Shown one piece after another: positions 1 to 11,071 of a stretch of DNA of 64,000 nt. The DNA is taken from the NCBI GenBank assembly GCA_030141605.1, contig JAQGDQ010000731.1, positions 1 to 64,000 of the forward strand, given 5' to 3'. Both the position numbers and the translations under genes were made by a program. This DNA is from Tubiluchus corallicola (taxonomy: Eukaryota > Animalia > Priapulida). Under the pieces are notes generated by a model. It was not told the DNA's origin, searched no databases, and worked only from the letters and a program-made list of their open reading frames with translations. Each line of letters opens with the position of its first letter. Position 1 is the stretch's first letter.

Positions 1-357
1 TGCTAAACTGTTTTTGTTAAAGTTCTGTTCCTTGTTCATTTTCAATTTTTTCCTATTCGGAGCTTGCAAGCTTATCTGTCGAAGGCAGAATTTGGTTAAA
101 AGTAAAGCGAATTTATTGAATGGATATGGTTCTTTAAATTTGTAGCATTTACGTAATAGATGCTTAGATAAGATATAAGACGTCTTTATTTCATACACTG
201 TGATAGAATAAATACAAATTAGCCTTTAATGAAAGGCGAATTCGACGAACGACTATAGGAGCCCTAAAAACACTGGCCTTATTTATTGTATATTTACAGA
301 ATTTGGTTTATAGTGGCTTGGCTCAAATTATTAGAAAAATATTATTACTATATATTT

Positions 358-633
358 TATAATAATAATAATAATAATCTTTATTTAAAGTCGGCTTTTG
401 GGTCAGCAATTAACATTAGCTCAAAGAGCTATTATCGCCGACTGTAAATAACAACCTACAACTATATAAGAGAGACTATTATTACCCTACTTTTACCCTA
501 TATACCACGCATCAGGCAGGCAAAGCAGTTACCATTTTGGTACCAAGTCTTTGGTATGTCCCGGCCACTGGTTTGAACTCACGACCTCCCAGACGGAAAG
601 CAGGCGCATTACCACTAGACTGAACCGTGTGGT
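358..633 (-). mobile_element. tRNA-derived SINE, present only in duplication copy 1
   Basis: The minus strand reads accacacggttcagtctagtggtaa (A-box-like), gagttcaaacc (B box), cataccaaagac...aaaatggta, then aataaag(att)n. The paralogous site near 8970 is empty. Confidence 0.8.
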
Positions 634-1677
634 AAAAGTGTAAAATTACTAATTTTTATAGGCCCATTATAAAATTCCAATGCATGTTAATCGATATGAA
701 TAGTTATTAGAATAAGAATTGACAAGTTATCAGTATCTTCGCTGGGAATTACACGATGTTGTGCTTTGTTAAGGGAGGCCGCAAGTAGATTGTTGCCACT
801 GTAGCTAAATATTGAGATTGCTACAAATTATTACTTAAAGGCAGGAGTCACAGCTGGGGCTCCTAAATTTTAGGAGTTGGGGTTGGATCTTAAATCCTAT
901 AAGTTGGAGCCAGGGTGGGGGGTTTAATGTACCGATTCCACAGCCTAAAAGGAGTCGTTTAATCACAACTGGGATCCAGGTAAATGCATAAAAAGTGATC
1001 AAGGTAAAAAGCAAACATGAAGATAGTTATGAATAGTTAAAAATAGCAATGGTGATGAACAAATCATTGCAAACCAGCAGTTAGCTGATTAAAACTAACT
1101 AAAACTAACAGTAGAAAATGCGATAATTAACTTTAGTAACAAAAATATACAAAAATTTCCATAATTAAAATTAATTATACTGTGCTAGTTTTAGTTAAGT
1201 AATGACTAACTGTTGGCTTGTAATAACTTGTAATATTGCTATTGCCATATAATGCTAATACATTATATATATATTGTATATTATCTATCTATCTATCTAT
1301 CTATATACTAGTATATATTTAGTATATATTATACTAAATGCATTATATAATATATTAGACATATTATTACATGTATTATGTACTATGTGTAATATATATT
1401 TATTACATTACTAACTTTTTATTTTTCATGATTCATTGATAAGCTTTTCTACAGTCCTTTTGAATTGTGTTAGATATTAGCCATTAATTTTTATTAATTT
1501 GCTTTTTGATTTTTCAATGCTCATACACATTACCTAATATTTGTCAAAATTCAGAAAACAATGAGAGAAAGAAGAAGAAAGAACACAATTAGAAATCCAG
1601 TAACAGTGTGGGCAGAACAGGAAAAAAGCGTGAGCAAGATTTTCCCTGACCTGTCTGTTGTTCTTACAAAGCTATTC

Positions 1678-1895
1678 TCCTACTTATGAACTAGATTTTT
1701 CTCTGTGATTCTGGATTTGAAATGTTCCCCACAATACAAAGCTAACGTTGTACTTATGAACTACATCTTTTCCCTGTGTTCCTGGATTTGAAATGTTTCC
1801 CACAATACAAAACTAACGTCCTACTGATGAACTAGATTTTTCCCTGTGATTCTGGATTTGAAATTTTTCCCACAATACATACTTACTTATGAACT
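1678..1895. repeat. Minisatellite of about 65-70 bp (tacttatgaactagatttttccctgtgattctggatttgaaatgtttcccacaatacaaa), about 3 copies
   Basis: Directly visible tandem units; the paralogous, longer array is at 10055-10440. Confidence 0.85.
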
Positions 1896-2042
1896 GGTAA
1901 ATTGATGTGAATTAAATTCAAAGTAAAAATGACTGTGTCACTAAATTTGACGTTTTGTCATTTGTTGGTAAGCAATATTGGAAGTTTCTTCAATTCTTTT
2001 CTTTTTTACAGAAATATATCCTTCATCTTCGGATTTGCAAAG

Positions 2043-4598
2043 ATGGATCAGGCAGTACAAGTAGTTCCTGGATTTGTGAAAATTGAAAGTGATGTTTTAG
2101 ATGAATCCACAGATGTTAAGGTGCAAACTGACAATGTTCCTGTAAAAACCGAAAGTGATGCTGAATCAGTGAAAATAAACATCAACAAATGCAAAGTAGA
2201 AGAGTGTGACAGTCAAGGACATGAAACTTCTGTAAAAACTGAACCTGATGTGAAAATAGGTAACATAGATAACAGTAGCATTGATGTAACTTCACAAAGG
2301 AGAGTTCACACTGGAGAAAAACCTTTTAAGTGTTCTCAGTGTGGGACTGCATTTGCTCACGCACACCATTTAAAAGCACATTTAAGAATCCATTCTGGAG
2401 ATAGACCATTTAAATGTAATCAGTGTGATGCTGCATTTGCTCAGACAAGTGGATTGAAAACACATTGTAGAGTTCACACTGGAGAAAAACCATTCAAATG
2501 CAATCAGTGTGATGCGGCATTTGCTTATACAAGTAGTTTGAAATTTCATTTAAGAATTCACACTGGAGAGAAACCTTTCAAATGCAGTCAATGTGAAGCT
2601 GCATTTGCTCATTCAGGTGGACTGACAGTACATTCAAGGACTCATACAGGAGAGAAACCTTTCAAATGCAGTCAATGTGAAGCTGCATTTGCTCATTCAG
2701 GTGCACTAACAGTACATTCAAGGACTCATACAGGAGAAAAACCTTTCAAGTGTTCTCAGTGTGCTGCTGCATTTGCTCATATAAGTAGTTTGAGAACACA
2801 TTCTAGAACTCACACTGGCGAGAAACCATTCAAGTGCATGCGGTGCAATGCTGCTTTTGCTCAGGCAGGTGGACTGAAAGTACACACAAGAACTCACACG
2901 GCAGAGAAGCCTTTCAAATGTAATCAGTGTGCTGCTGCTTTTACTCAGAGAAGTACTCTGAAAGAACATTTAAGAATCCACTCTGGAGAAAAACCATTTA
3001 AATGTAATCAGTGTGATGCTGCATTTGCTCAGTCAAGTGGATTGAAAAAACATTTAAGAATTCACACTGGAGAAAAACCTTTCAGTTGTAGTCAATGTGG
3101 TGCTGCTTTTGCTCAGGCAGATGGCTTAAAAGTGCATTTAAGAATTCACACTGGAGAGAAACCATTCAAATGTAGTCAATGTGAAGCTGCATTCGCTCGT
3201 TCAGGTGCACTGACAGTACATTCAAGGACTCATACAGGAGAGAAACCTTTCAAATGCAGTCAGTGTGAAGCTGCATTTGCTCATTCAGGTGCACTGACAG
3301 TACACTCAAGAATTCATACTGGAGAAAAACCTTTCAGTTGTAGTCAATGTGGTGCTGCTTTTGCTCAGGCAGATGGCTTAAAAATACATTTAAGAAATCA
3401 CACTGGAGAGAAACCATTCAAGTGTAGTCTGTGTGATGCTGCCTTTACTTCATCAAGTGTTTTGAAAGGCCATTCAAGAACTCATACTGGTGAGAAACCA
3501 TTCAAGTGCATTCGGTGCAATGCTGCTTTCGCTCAGGCAGGCGGACTGAAAGTACACACAAGAACTCACACTGGAGAGAAGCCTTTCAAATGTAATCAGT
3601 GTGCTGCTGCTTTTACTCAGAGAAGTACTCTGAAAGAACATTTTAGAATCCACTCTGGAGAAAAACCATTTAAATGTAATCAGTGCGATGCTGCATTTGC
3701 TCATACAAGTGGATTGAAAAAACATTTAAGAATTCATACTGGAGAAAAACCATTCAGTTGTAGTTTTTGTGGTGCTGATTTTGCTCAGGCAGGTGGCTTA
3801 AAAGTACATTTAAGAATTCACACTGGAGAGAAACCTTTCAAATGCAGTCAGTGTGAAGCTGCATTTGCTCATTCAGGTGCACTGACGGTACATTCAAGGT
3901 CTCATACAGGAGAAAAACCTTTCAAGTGTTCTCAGTGTGATGCTGCATTTGCTCAGACACATAGTCTAAAAGTTCATTTAAGAAATCATTCTGGAGAAAA
4001 ACCATTTAAGTGTAGTCAGTGTGAAACTGCATTTGTTCAGGCAGGTGACTTGACAGTACATTTAAGATCTCATACTGGAGAAAAACCTTTTAAATGTAGT
4101 CAGTGTTGTGCTGCATTTGGTCAGTCAAGCACTCTTAAAGCACATTTTAGAATTCACACTGGAGAGAAACCGTTTAAGTGTTATGAGTGTGATACTGCTT
4201 TTACTCGGAGAAGTGCTCTGAAAGTACATTTAAGAATCCACTCTGGAGAAAAACCTTTTAAGTGTAATCAGTGTGATGCTGCATTTGCTCAGAGAAGTGC
4301 TCTGAAAGTACATGTAAGAATCCACTCTGGAGAAAAACCATTTAAGTGTAGTCTGTGTCATGCTGCATTTGCTCAGAGAAGTGCTCTGAAAGTACATTTA
4401 AGAATCCATTCTGGAGAAAAACCGTTTAAATGTTGTGAGTGTGATGCTGCATTTGCTCAGGCAAGTGGTCTAAGAGTTCATTTAAGAGTTCATTCTGCAG
4501 AAAAACTGTTTAAGTGTAGTCAGTGTAAAGCTGTATTTGTTCAGGCAGGTGACTTAACAGTACATTTAAGATCTCATAATGGAGAAAAAACCTTTTAA
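2043..4598 (+). CDS. Tandem C2H2 zinc-finger protein ZNF-1, 27 intact fingers, acidic N-terminus
   Basis: ORF 1929-4598 with 28-aa C-x2-C-x12-H-x3-H repeats and TGEKPF linkers. A polypyrimidine acceptor ttttttacAG at 2010-2011 implies the first ~28 ORF codons are intronic; the first ATG after it is at 2043 (MDQAVQ). Confidence 0.92.
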   Translation: MDQAVQVVPGFVKIESDVLDESTDVKVQTDNVPVKTESDAESVKININKCKVEECDSQGHETSVKTEPDVKIGNIDNSSIDVTSQRRVHTGEKPFKCSQCGTAFAHAHHLKAHLRIHSGDRPFKCNQCDAAFAQTSGLKTHCRVHTGEKPFKCNQCDAAFAYTSSLKFHLRIHTGEKPFKCSQCEAAFAHSGGLTVHSRTHTGEKPFKCSQCEAAFAHSGALTVHSRTHTGEKPFKCSQCAAAFAHISSLRTHSRTHTGEKPFKCMRCNAAFAQAGGLKVHTRTHTAEKPFKCNQCAAAFTQRSTLKEHLRIHSGEKPFKCNQCDAAFAQSSGLKKHLRIHTGEKPFSCSQCGAAFAQADGLKVHLRIHTGEKPFKCSQCEAAFARSGALTVHSRTHTGEKPFKCSQCEAAFAHSGALTVHSRIHTGEKPFSCSQCGAAFAQADGLKIHLRNHTGEKPFKCSLCDAAFTSSSVLKGHSRTHTGEKPFKCIRCNAAFAQAGGLKVHTRTHTGEKPFKCNQCAAAFTQRSTLKEHFRIHSGEKPFKCNQCDAAFAHTSGLKKHLRIHTGEKPFSCSFCGADFAQAGGLKVHLRIHTGEKPFKCSQCEAAFAHSGALTVHSRSHTGEKPFKCSQCDAAFAQTHSLKVHLRNHSGEKPFKCSQCETAFVQAGDLTVHLRSHTGEKPFKCSQCCAAFGQSSTLKAHFRIHTGEKPFKCYECDTAFTRRSALKVHLRIHSGEKPFKCNQCDAAFAQRSALKVHVRIHSGEKPFKCSLCHAAFAQRSALKVHLRIHSGEKPFKCCECDAAFAQASGLRVHLRVHSAEKLFKCSQCKAVFVQAGDLTVHLRSHNGEKTF

Positions 4599-5447
4599 AT
4601 GTAATCAGTGTAATGCTGCATTTGGTCAGTCAAGCCATCTCAAAGCACATTTTAGAATTCGCACTCGTGAGAAACCTTTCAAGTGCAGTCACTGTGAGGC
4701 TTCATTTGTTAACTCAGGTCATCTTAAAACGCATTGTAGGATTCACACTGGAGAAACCTCATTCAAGTGCAGTCAGTGTGATGCTGCATTTGCTCATATA
4801 TAGGCCATGTGAAAGCACACTTTAGAACTCACACTGGCAAAAAACCGTTCAAGTGCAGTCAGTGTGATGCTGTTTTTACTCATACAAGTAGTTTTAAAGT
4901 GCATTTGAGAACTCACAAACGAGAAAAACCTTGCAGGTGCAATCAGTGTGATGCTGCATATGCTCATACAGATAATCTGAAAGTAAATGCAAGAATTAAC
5001 ATTGGAGAAAAACCATACAAGTGCAATGAGTGCGGTCCTGCATTTACCACATCAGGTAGCCTAAAACACCATTTAAGAAAGCACACTGGAGAAAGACCAT
5101 TCAAGTGTAGTCAGTGTGCTGTTGCATTTGCTTTAACAAGTTCTTTAAACATACGTTCAAAAACTCACTCTCGAATAAAATGGTTTAAGTTTGTCATTGT
5201 GCTGCCACATTTAAATGGTTTAGCAATGTAGAGAGCGCACACTACAAGAAAACTTTTTAGGTGTGATCAGTGTGTTGCTACTTTCCTTAAAGCAGGTAAA
5301 TTAAAGGTACATTCAAGAACTCACAATAGTTCACTTATTTAAGAACTCAAACCATTTAAGTGTATTAAGTGTGATGCTACTTTTGCTTGTTCGGCTTTTC
5401 TAAGTCATCACCATCAAGAGATTCACAAAAGGAAAACATATCTTTAA
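4599..5447 (+). pseudogene. Decayed former 3' part of the ZNF-1 coding exon (about 10 fingers), now out of frame
   Basis: Aligns with ZNF-2 fingers 12-22 up to the same terminal stop. Lesions: +1 A at 4585-4590, 2-nt insertion with TAG at 4801, one finger deleted near 5045, small deletions near 5190 and 5230, TAA at about 5340, and His-to-Arg/Asn changes. Confidence 0.9.
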
Positions 5448-6811
5448 CCCTTTTGCTAGTTAGTTGCTTTTTAACTAGCCATATTGATTTTTGCACGTTT
5501 TTCAAAAACTTCTTGTGGTGTGTTTCTAAAACAGAATCTTGTAAATAAACAAATAGCTGTTCGTTATTGAGTACTAATATTGAATATTTGTTTTATTTCT
5601 ACACATGAACACACATGCATGCATTCACACACACATACACCATTATAAATAAGCATGTACTTATATTTAGAAAGCAGTTTTCACAAATCACATGACAACG
5701 AACAATGATCTTCAAGTGATTTATTAAAGGGAAAGAACAGGGATATTTTAAAGTACATCCAAACAAACTGTCCATGCAAGGTTACATGACTTAACATTAC
5801 CCTTTTGAAAGATTTATGTAACTCGAAAAGAAAATGTTTACTAATTTAAAATATTTGTGCCACCTGGCAAAATGGCACTGCATCGCCATCCCATTAATTC
5901 AGCAGAAAACACAATATTGATCTTATCCACAAGATAAAGTGATTCAAACTTTTGCTTAGTTAGTGACGTGTGCACTGCGAAAGCTCTGATTATTTTTTAA
6001 ACTTTACACAATGTTAAACCTGCTTCAAATGAATTACCATTAAAATGGGTGCAGTTAACAGTCAACAATGAAATTCTATTTTACTAGTTTTACACACGTT
6101 ACTCCTAACATAAACTCCGTGTGCAATACGAGAGTAACTAAGTGATAAAAATTTGCAGGACGAATTTTTTAAGCTTTATTTTTTGCATTTTCTTGTGCTT
6201 TAATCTGGACACTTTATAATGCAAATCCTTTCATACCCACGCAAGTATTTCATACATAAACTTCACGTGATTTTGTTTCTGATGCAAATTCACTTGCAAA
6301 CTGAATAAGTAGAAAAGCTCTTTCAGTTCTGTAAGCTGGCAAAACTTCCTACTAGCGTAATAAATAAATGTAAAAATGGCTTTGCTTAAGTGACAAGATT
6401 TAGCATTAAATTCAGTCTCAAGTCCTCCATGTCTGCTGAAGAAAAGGATACCGATTTGCCAATCGAAAGTAATTTTCCTAAATGAAACGAAAAAGCCTCT
6501 TACTTAAGTTAGTGCATTTAAATCTTTGCAATTAAGTTTGTACATTTAAGTCTTGCACTTAAGTGAGTGCATTTAAGTTAGTGCATTTAAATATTGCACT
6601 TAAGTTTTCACTTAAATTACTTAAAAACCAAAATTAAGATTTAAAAAACTCAAAGACTGGTCTCCTGACTGTAATGAGGCGTGACATTTTTTATCTGGTA
6701 TAACATTTTGCTTACTGGAGAATTTGCTTTGTCGAACTTAATCCTGGACATTTCTCGATACAACAGAACTGATTTTAAAACACCTGTTAGATAAATATGT
6801 ATAATATATAT

Positions 6812-6878
6812 TAATATTAGTATTAGTAATAGTATTGGTATTAGTATTAGTATTAGTAGTAGTACTAGTAGTAGTAGT

Positions 6879-6927
<49 letters not shown>

Positions 6928-7004
6928 ATAGTAGTTGCAGTAGTAGTATTAGTGTTAGTAGTAGCAGTAGTAGTAGTAGTAGTAGTAGTAGTACTAGTAG
7001 TAGT

Positions 7005-7035
<31 letters not shown>

Positions 7036-7250
7036 TTAGTATTAGTAGTAGTTGTAGTAGTAATAGCAGTAGTCGTTGTAGTAGTAGTAGTGGTAGTAGT
7101 AGTAGTAGTAGTAGTAGAAGTAGCAGTATTAATATTATTATTAGTATTAGTATTAGTATTAGTATTAGTATTAGTATTAGTATTAGTATTAGTATTATTA
7201 TTATTATTATTATTAGTAGTAGAGGTAAAGGTATTATTATTATTAGTAGA
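6812..7250. repeat. Compound microsatellite (TAG)n/(CAG)n/(TATTAG)n/(TAT)n
   Basis: Directly visible; it produces the spurious poly-L/T/V ORFs. Confidence 0.95.
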
Positions 7251-8105
7251 GGAAACTTTTGAGGTAAATAGTTCTTCCACTGTACACACCACTTCCATGA
7301 ATAATGAATTAGCCTATAATCAATACCTACACATGTTTCCACTGACCTGCTTCCTCATTATAATGATGTAATATATCATCCTTGCTATAGGCATTATAAA
7401 GTGCATCAATTAAATTTCAGTGGATGATTTTGATAGTGTGCATCTAATTAGTTTCACTAAAATATACAAAGCTCTCAATGGAACAGGTTCGACTGGGACC
7501 GCTATGTATGTTCCATTAATTCTTCATTTTATATTGCACAAGTGCCACAAGCTAATTTACATACTTGGAAAGTGCTTCCCATTAGTACATTGTTCTGTCT
7601 AGCATTCTTTATAATTTCAGATAGGTGATCTTTAAAATCAAATAGTTTATTATCTAGAAATAATCAAAGGTCTTTCTCACAAACACAAAAAACCAGTTAT
7701 GCCAGAATTGCACTTGCATCAAACATTGTGAATTTATACTCATGTTATACTGCCACAGATACCACCTTAAACTTGTTGAGATGGAACTGCATACCATTTT
7801 CAAATGCCCAATCATAGAGCCCTTATAGGTCCATTTGAATGTCACTACAGCTGGCAAAGAAATCATATTCTACCATATTGCTGTCGTCTGCAAAAGACGA
7901 GGAGAATTGCTCATACAAACTGGGCAATTCATTTATAAATATCACAAATCAACACAGACCTAATTCCGAACCTTGAAGTACACTGCTAGTTACTATCAAA
8001 ACAAGTGAATTGCATTCTTTTTTCCAAGAAGCTAACTATCAATTTTAGAACTGAAAATTACGCTATAAATTTCAAGTTTCGCTAATTTAAAGTGAGGAGG
8101 TACAA
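7250..8105 (-). mobile_element. Degraded non-LTR retrotransposon (CR1/L2-like) reverse transcriptase 3' fragment
   Basis: The minus strand at about 7995-7870 translates as VTSSVLQGSELGLC*FVIFINELP...SFADDS (compare VPQGSVLGP..F..FINDLP..FADD). WKNYLP near 7280-7260 matches the C-terminal WNxLP motif. Confidence 0.8.
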
Positions 8106-8169
8106 CAAAAAACGCAATATTAAGTTTTTATAATTATCTTTATTTTGCTTGTATAATAGATATTGCTTG

Positions 8170-8445
8170 TGTATGTTTTTAACGTTTCATTGAAAATTTC
8201 AAAAGATGCAAACTAAAGCATTGATAAAATTATAATAATTGTATCACAATTGATGTTGATTGTAAAACGAATTGATAATTGTAACAACAACAATACTGAA
8301 AATATAATATACAATATTGAAAATTTCAAAAAGACACAAAAGTGAAGCATTGATAAAATTATAATAATTGTATCACTATTAATGTTGATTGTAAACCAAT
8401 TTGATAATGGTAACAACAGCAATATTGAATATACAAAATATAAAA
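8170..8445. repeat. Tandem repeat of about 128 bp, about 2 copies
   Basis: aagcattgataaaattataataattgtatcac occurs at about 8216 and about 8345. Confidence 0.75.
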
Positions 8446-10054
8446 TAACAGTAGTACTAGTAGTAATAATTCGTGAAATTAGGTACGTAATCATCAAAGA
8501 TGCCTAGTGGGTTTTAAAAGAATCCAGTCTGAAAAGAATTTGCATTTCTCTGAATCACTGCACAATGGTCGATTCGTTAAATTAAGGTTGCCCGCCTTGC
8601 TAAACGGTTTTGTTAAAGTTTTGTTCCTTGTTCGTTTTCAAACTTTTCCTATTCGGAGCTTGCAAGCTTATCTGTCGAAGGCGGAATTTAGTTAAAAGTA
8701 AAGCGAATTTATTAAATGGATATGGTTCTTTAAATTTGCAGCATATAAGTAATAGATGCTTACATAAGATACTACGTCTTTATTTCACACACTGTGACAG
8801 AATACAAATTAGCCTGGCTTTAATGAAACCATTTGAATAGAAAAAAGTGTGTGAGGACAGCGTACGACTATAGAAGTCCTATAAACACTGGCCTTATATA
8901 CTGTTTATTTACAGAATTTGGTTTATGGTGGCTTGGCTAAAATCATTAGAAAAATATTATTGGTATATTTTTATAGGCCCATTATAAAATTCCAATGCAT
9001 GTTAATCTATATGAATAGATATTAGAATAAATTGAAAAGTTATCAGTATCTTCACTGGGAATTACACGTTGTTTCGATTAGTTAAGGGAGGCTGCTAGTA
9101 GATTGTTGCTTCTGTAGCTAAATATTGAGATTGCTACAAATTATTACTTAAAGGCAGGAGTCAGAAATGGGGCTCCTAAATTTTAGGAGTTATGGTTGGA
9201 TCTTAAATCTTATAAATTGGAGCCAGGGTGAGGTGTTTAATGTACCGATTCCACAGCCTAAAAGGAGTCGTGTAATACCTCAAGAAATGGCTTAGATACA
9301 ATGACGACATAAATGTCGCATAAATAACACATTTTCTCGTAACTTGTACCTCAATTTAAACACAACTGGGATCCAGGTAAATGCATAAAAAGTGATCAAG
9401 GTAAAAAGCAAACATAAAAATAGTTATGAATAGTTAAAAATAGCAATGGTGATGAACAAATCATTGCAAACCAGCAGTTAACTGACTAAAACTAACAGTA
9501 GAAAATGCGATAATTAACTTTAGTAACAAAAATATACAAAAATTTCCATAATTAAAATTAATTATACTGTGCTAGTTTTAGTTAAATAATGACTAACTGT
9601 TGGCTTGTAATAACTTGTAACATTACTATTGCCATATAATGCTAACACATTATATATATTGCATATTATCTATGTATCTATCTATCTATATATATATATA
9701 TATATAATACTAAATGCATTATATAATATATTAGACATATTATTATATACATTATGTACTATGTGTAATATATATTTATTACATTACTAACTTTTTATTT
9801 TTCATGATTCATTGATAAGCTTTTCTACAGTCCTTTTGAATTGTGTTAGATATCAGCCATTACTTTTTATTAATTTGCTTTTTGATTTTTCAATGCTAAT
9901 ACAAATTACCTAATATTGGTCAAAATTCAGAGAACAATGAGAGAAAGAAGAAGAAAGAACACAATTAGAAATCCAGTACAGTGTGGGCAGAACAGGAAAA
10001 AAGCGTGAGCAAGATTTTCCCTGACCTGTCTGTTTTTCTTACAAAGCTATTCTC

Positions 10055-10440
10055 CTACTTATGAACTAGATTTTTCTCTGTGTTCCTGGATTTGAAATGT
10101 TTCCCACAATACAAAACCAACGTCCTACTGATGAACTAGATTTTTCTCTGTGATTCTGGATTTGAAATGTTTCCCACAATACAAAACTAACATCCTACTT
10201 ACGAAGTAGATTTTTCCCTGTGATTCTGGATTTGAAATGTTTCTTTCCTGGGATTCTTGATTTGAAATGTTTCCACAATACAAAGCTAACATCCTACTTT
10301 TGAAGTAGATTTTTCCCTGTGATTCTGGATTTGAAATGTTTCTTTCCTGGGATTCTGGATTTGAAATGTTTCCACAATACAAAGCTAACAGCTTACTTAT
10401 GAAGTAGATTTTTCCCTATTATAATTTAAAATGTTTCCCA
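10055..10440. repeat. Minisatellite paralogous to 1678-1895, with extra units and sub-units
   Basis: Repeated gattctggatttgaaatgtttc cores. Confidence 0.85.
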
Positions 10441-11071
10441 CTATTGTATAGTGCAACAGAATGCTTGTTTCTTTTGGAAACGTTTTGAGACTGATTTTAC
10501 AAAATGTTTTCAAAGTGTTTTATAATGCTTTTCTTTTCTCATTCAAAAGCAGCTGATTGTTGGTTCACAAAATGTCCAAAATTAAGAACCAATAAAAAAC
10601 TTTTCAGTACAACTATAGATAACCCTCTCTGTCAATGTGTTTCTCTATCAAATTTAGAATTCATGAAGGCTGTTTTTTAACAAACTTCAAAATGGCAGTC
10701 ACATCAAAGGCTATGGTTTAAACGTCGCAAAACTTAATAAGTCTGCACATTTTGTGAATGTCAGCAGTTTCTCAAAGGTCATGTGCATTGCTTGATTTTG
10801 CTCTGCTGTCAAAACACCAATCATTATTTAAACATTGTGCACATAAATTGTTGCTATAAAATATGCTGATTGCATGCTGCTGTTTTAAAAAAATGTTTTA
10901 ATGCTTGAGAACTTTTGTAGTTAAAGTGGTAAATTGGTGTGAATTAAATTCAAAGTAAAAATGACTGTGTCACTAAATTTGACGTTTTGTCATTTGTTGG
11001 TAAGCAATACTGGAAGTTTCTTCAATTCATTTCTGTTTTACAGAAATATATCCTTCATCTCCGGATTTGCA

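Larger units (their letters stand above)
1..5716 (+). repeat. Tandem segmental duplication, copy 1 (left end outside window); homologous to about 8598-13700
   Basis: Position 1 tgctaaactgtttttgttaaagtt matches 8598 tgctaaacggttttgttaaagtt. Homology continues through the upstream region, minisatellite, ZNF exon and 3' flank to catgacaacgaacaa (about 5691 vs 13675). Confidence 0.93.

Noticed and set aside
560-633. Functional tRNA gene
   Set aside because: No clean cloverleaf or acceptor stem; it continues into a SINE body and tail and is an insertion relative to the paralogue.
1929-2042. Hydrophobic N-terminal extension MTVSLNLTF... of ZNF-1 and ZNF-2 as a signal peptide
   Set aside because: It spans a polypyrimidine tract and AG acceptor (2010-2011 and 11042-11043), so it is most likely intron read in frame.
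2718-3725. Antisense and alternative-frame ORFs within ZNF exons (also at 11847, 12765, 17538, 24273, 29485, 29514 and 55587)
   Set aside because: Shadows of repetitive coding sequence with no independent features.
6650-7371. Poly-L, poly-T and poly-V ORFs
   Set aside because: Translations of a trinucleotide microsatellite plus a LINE 3' end.
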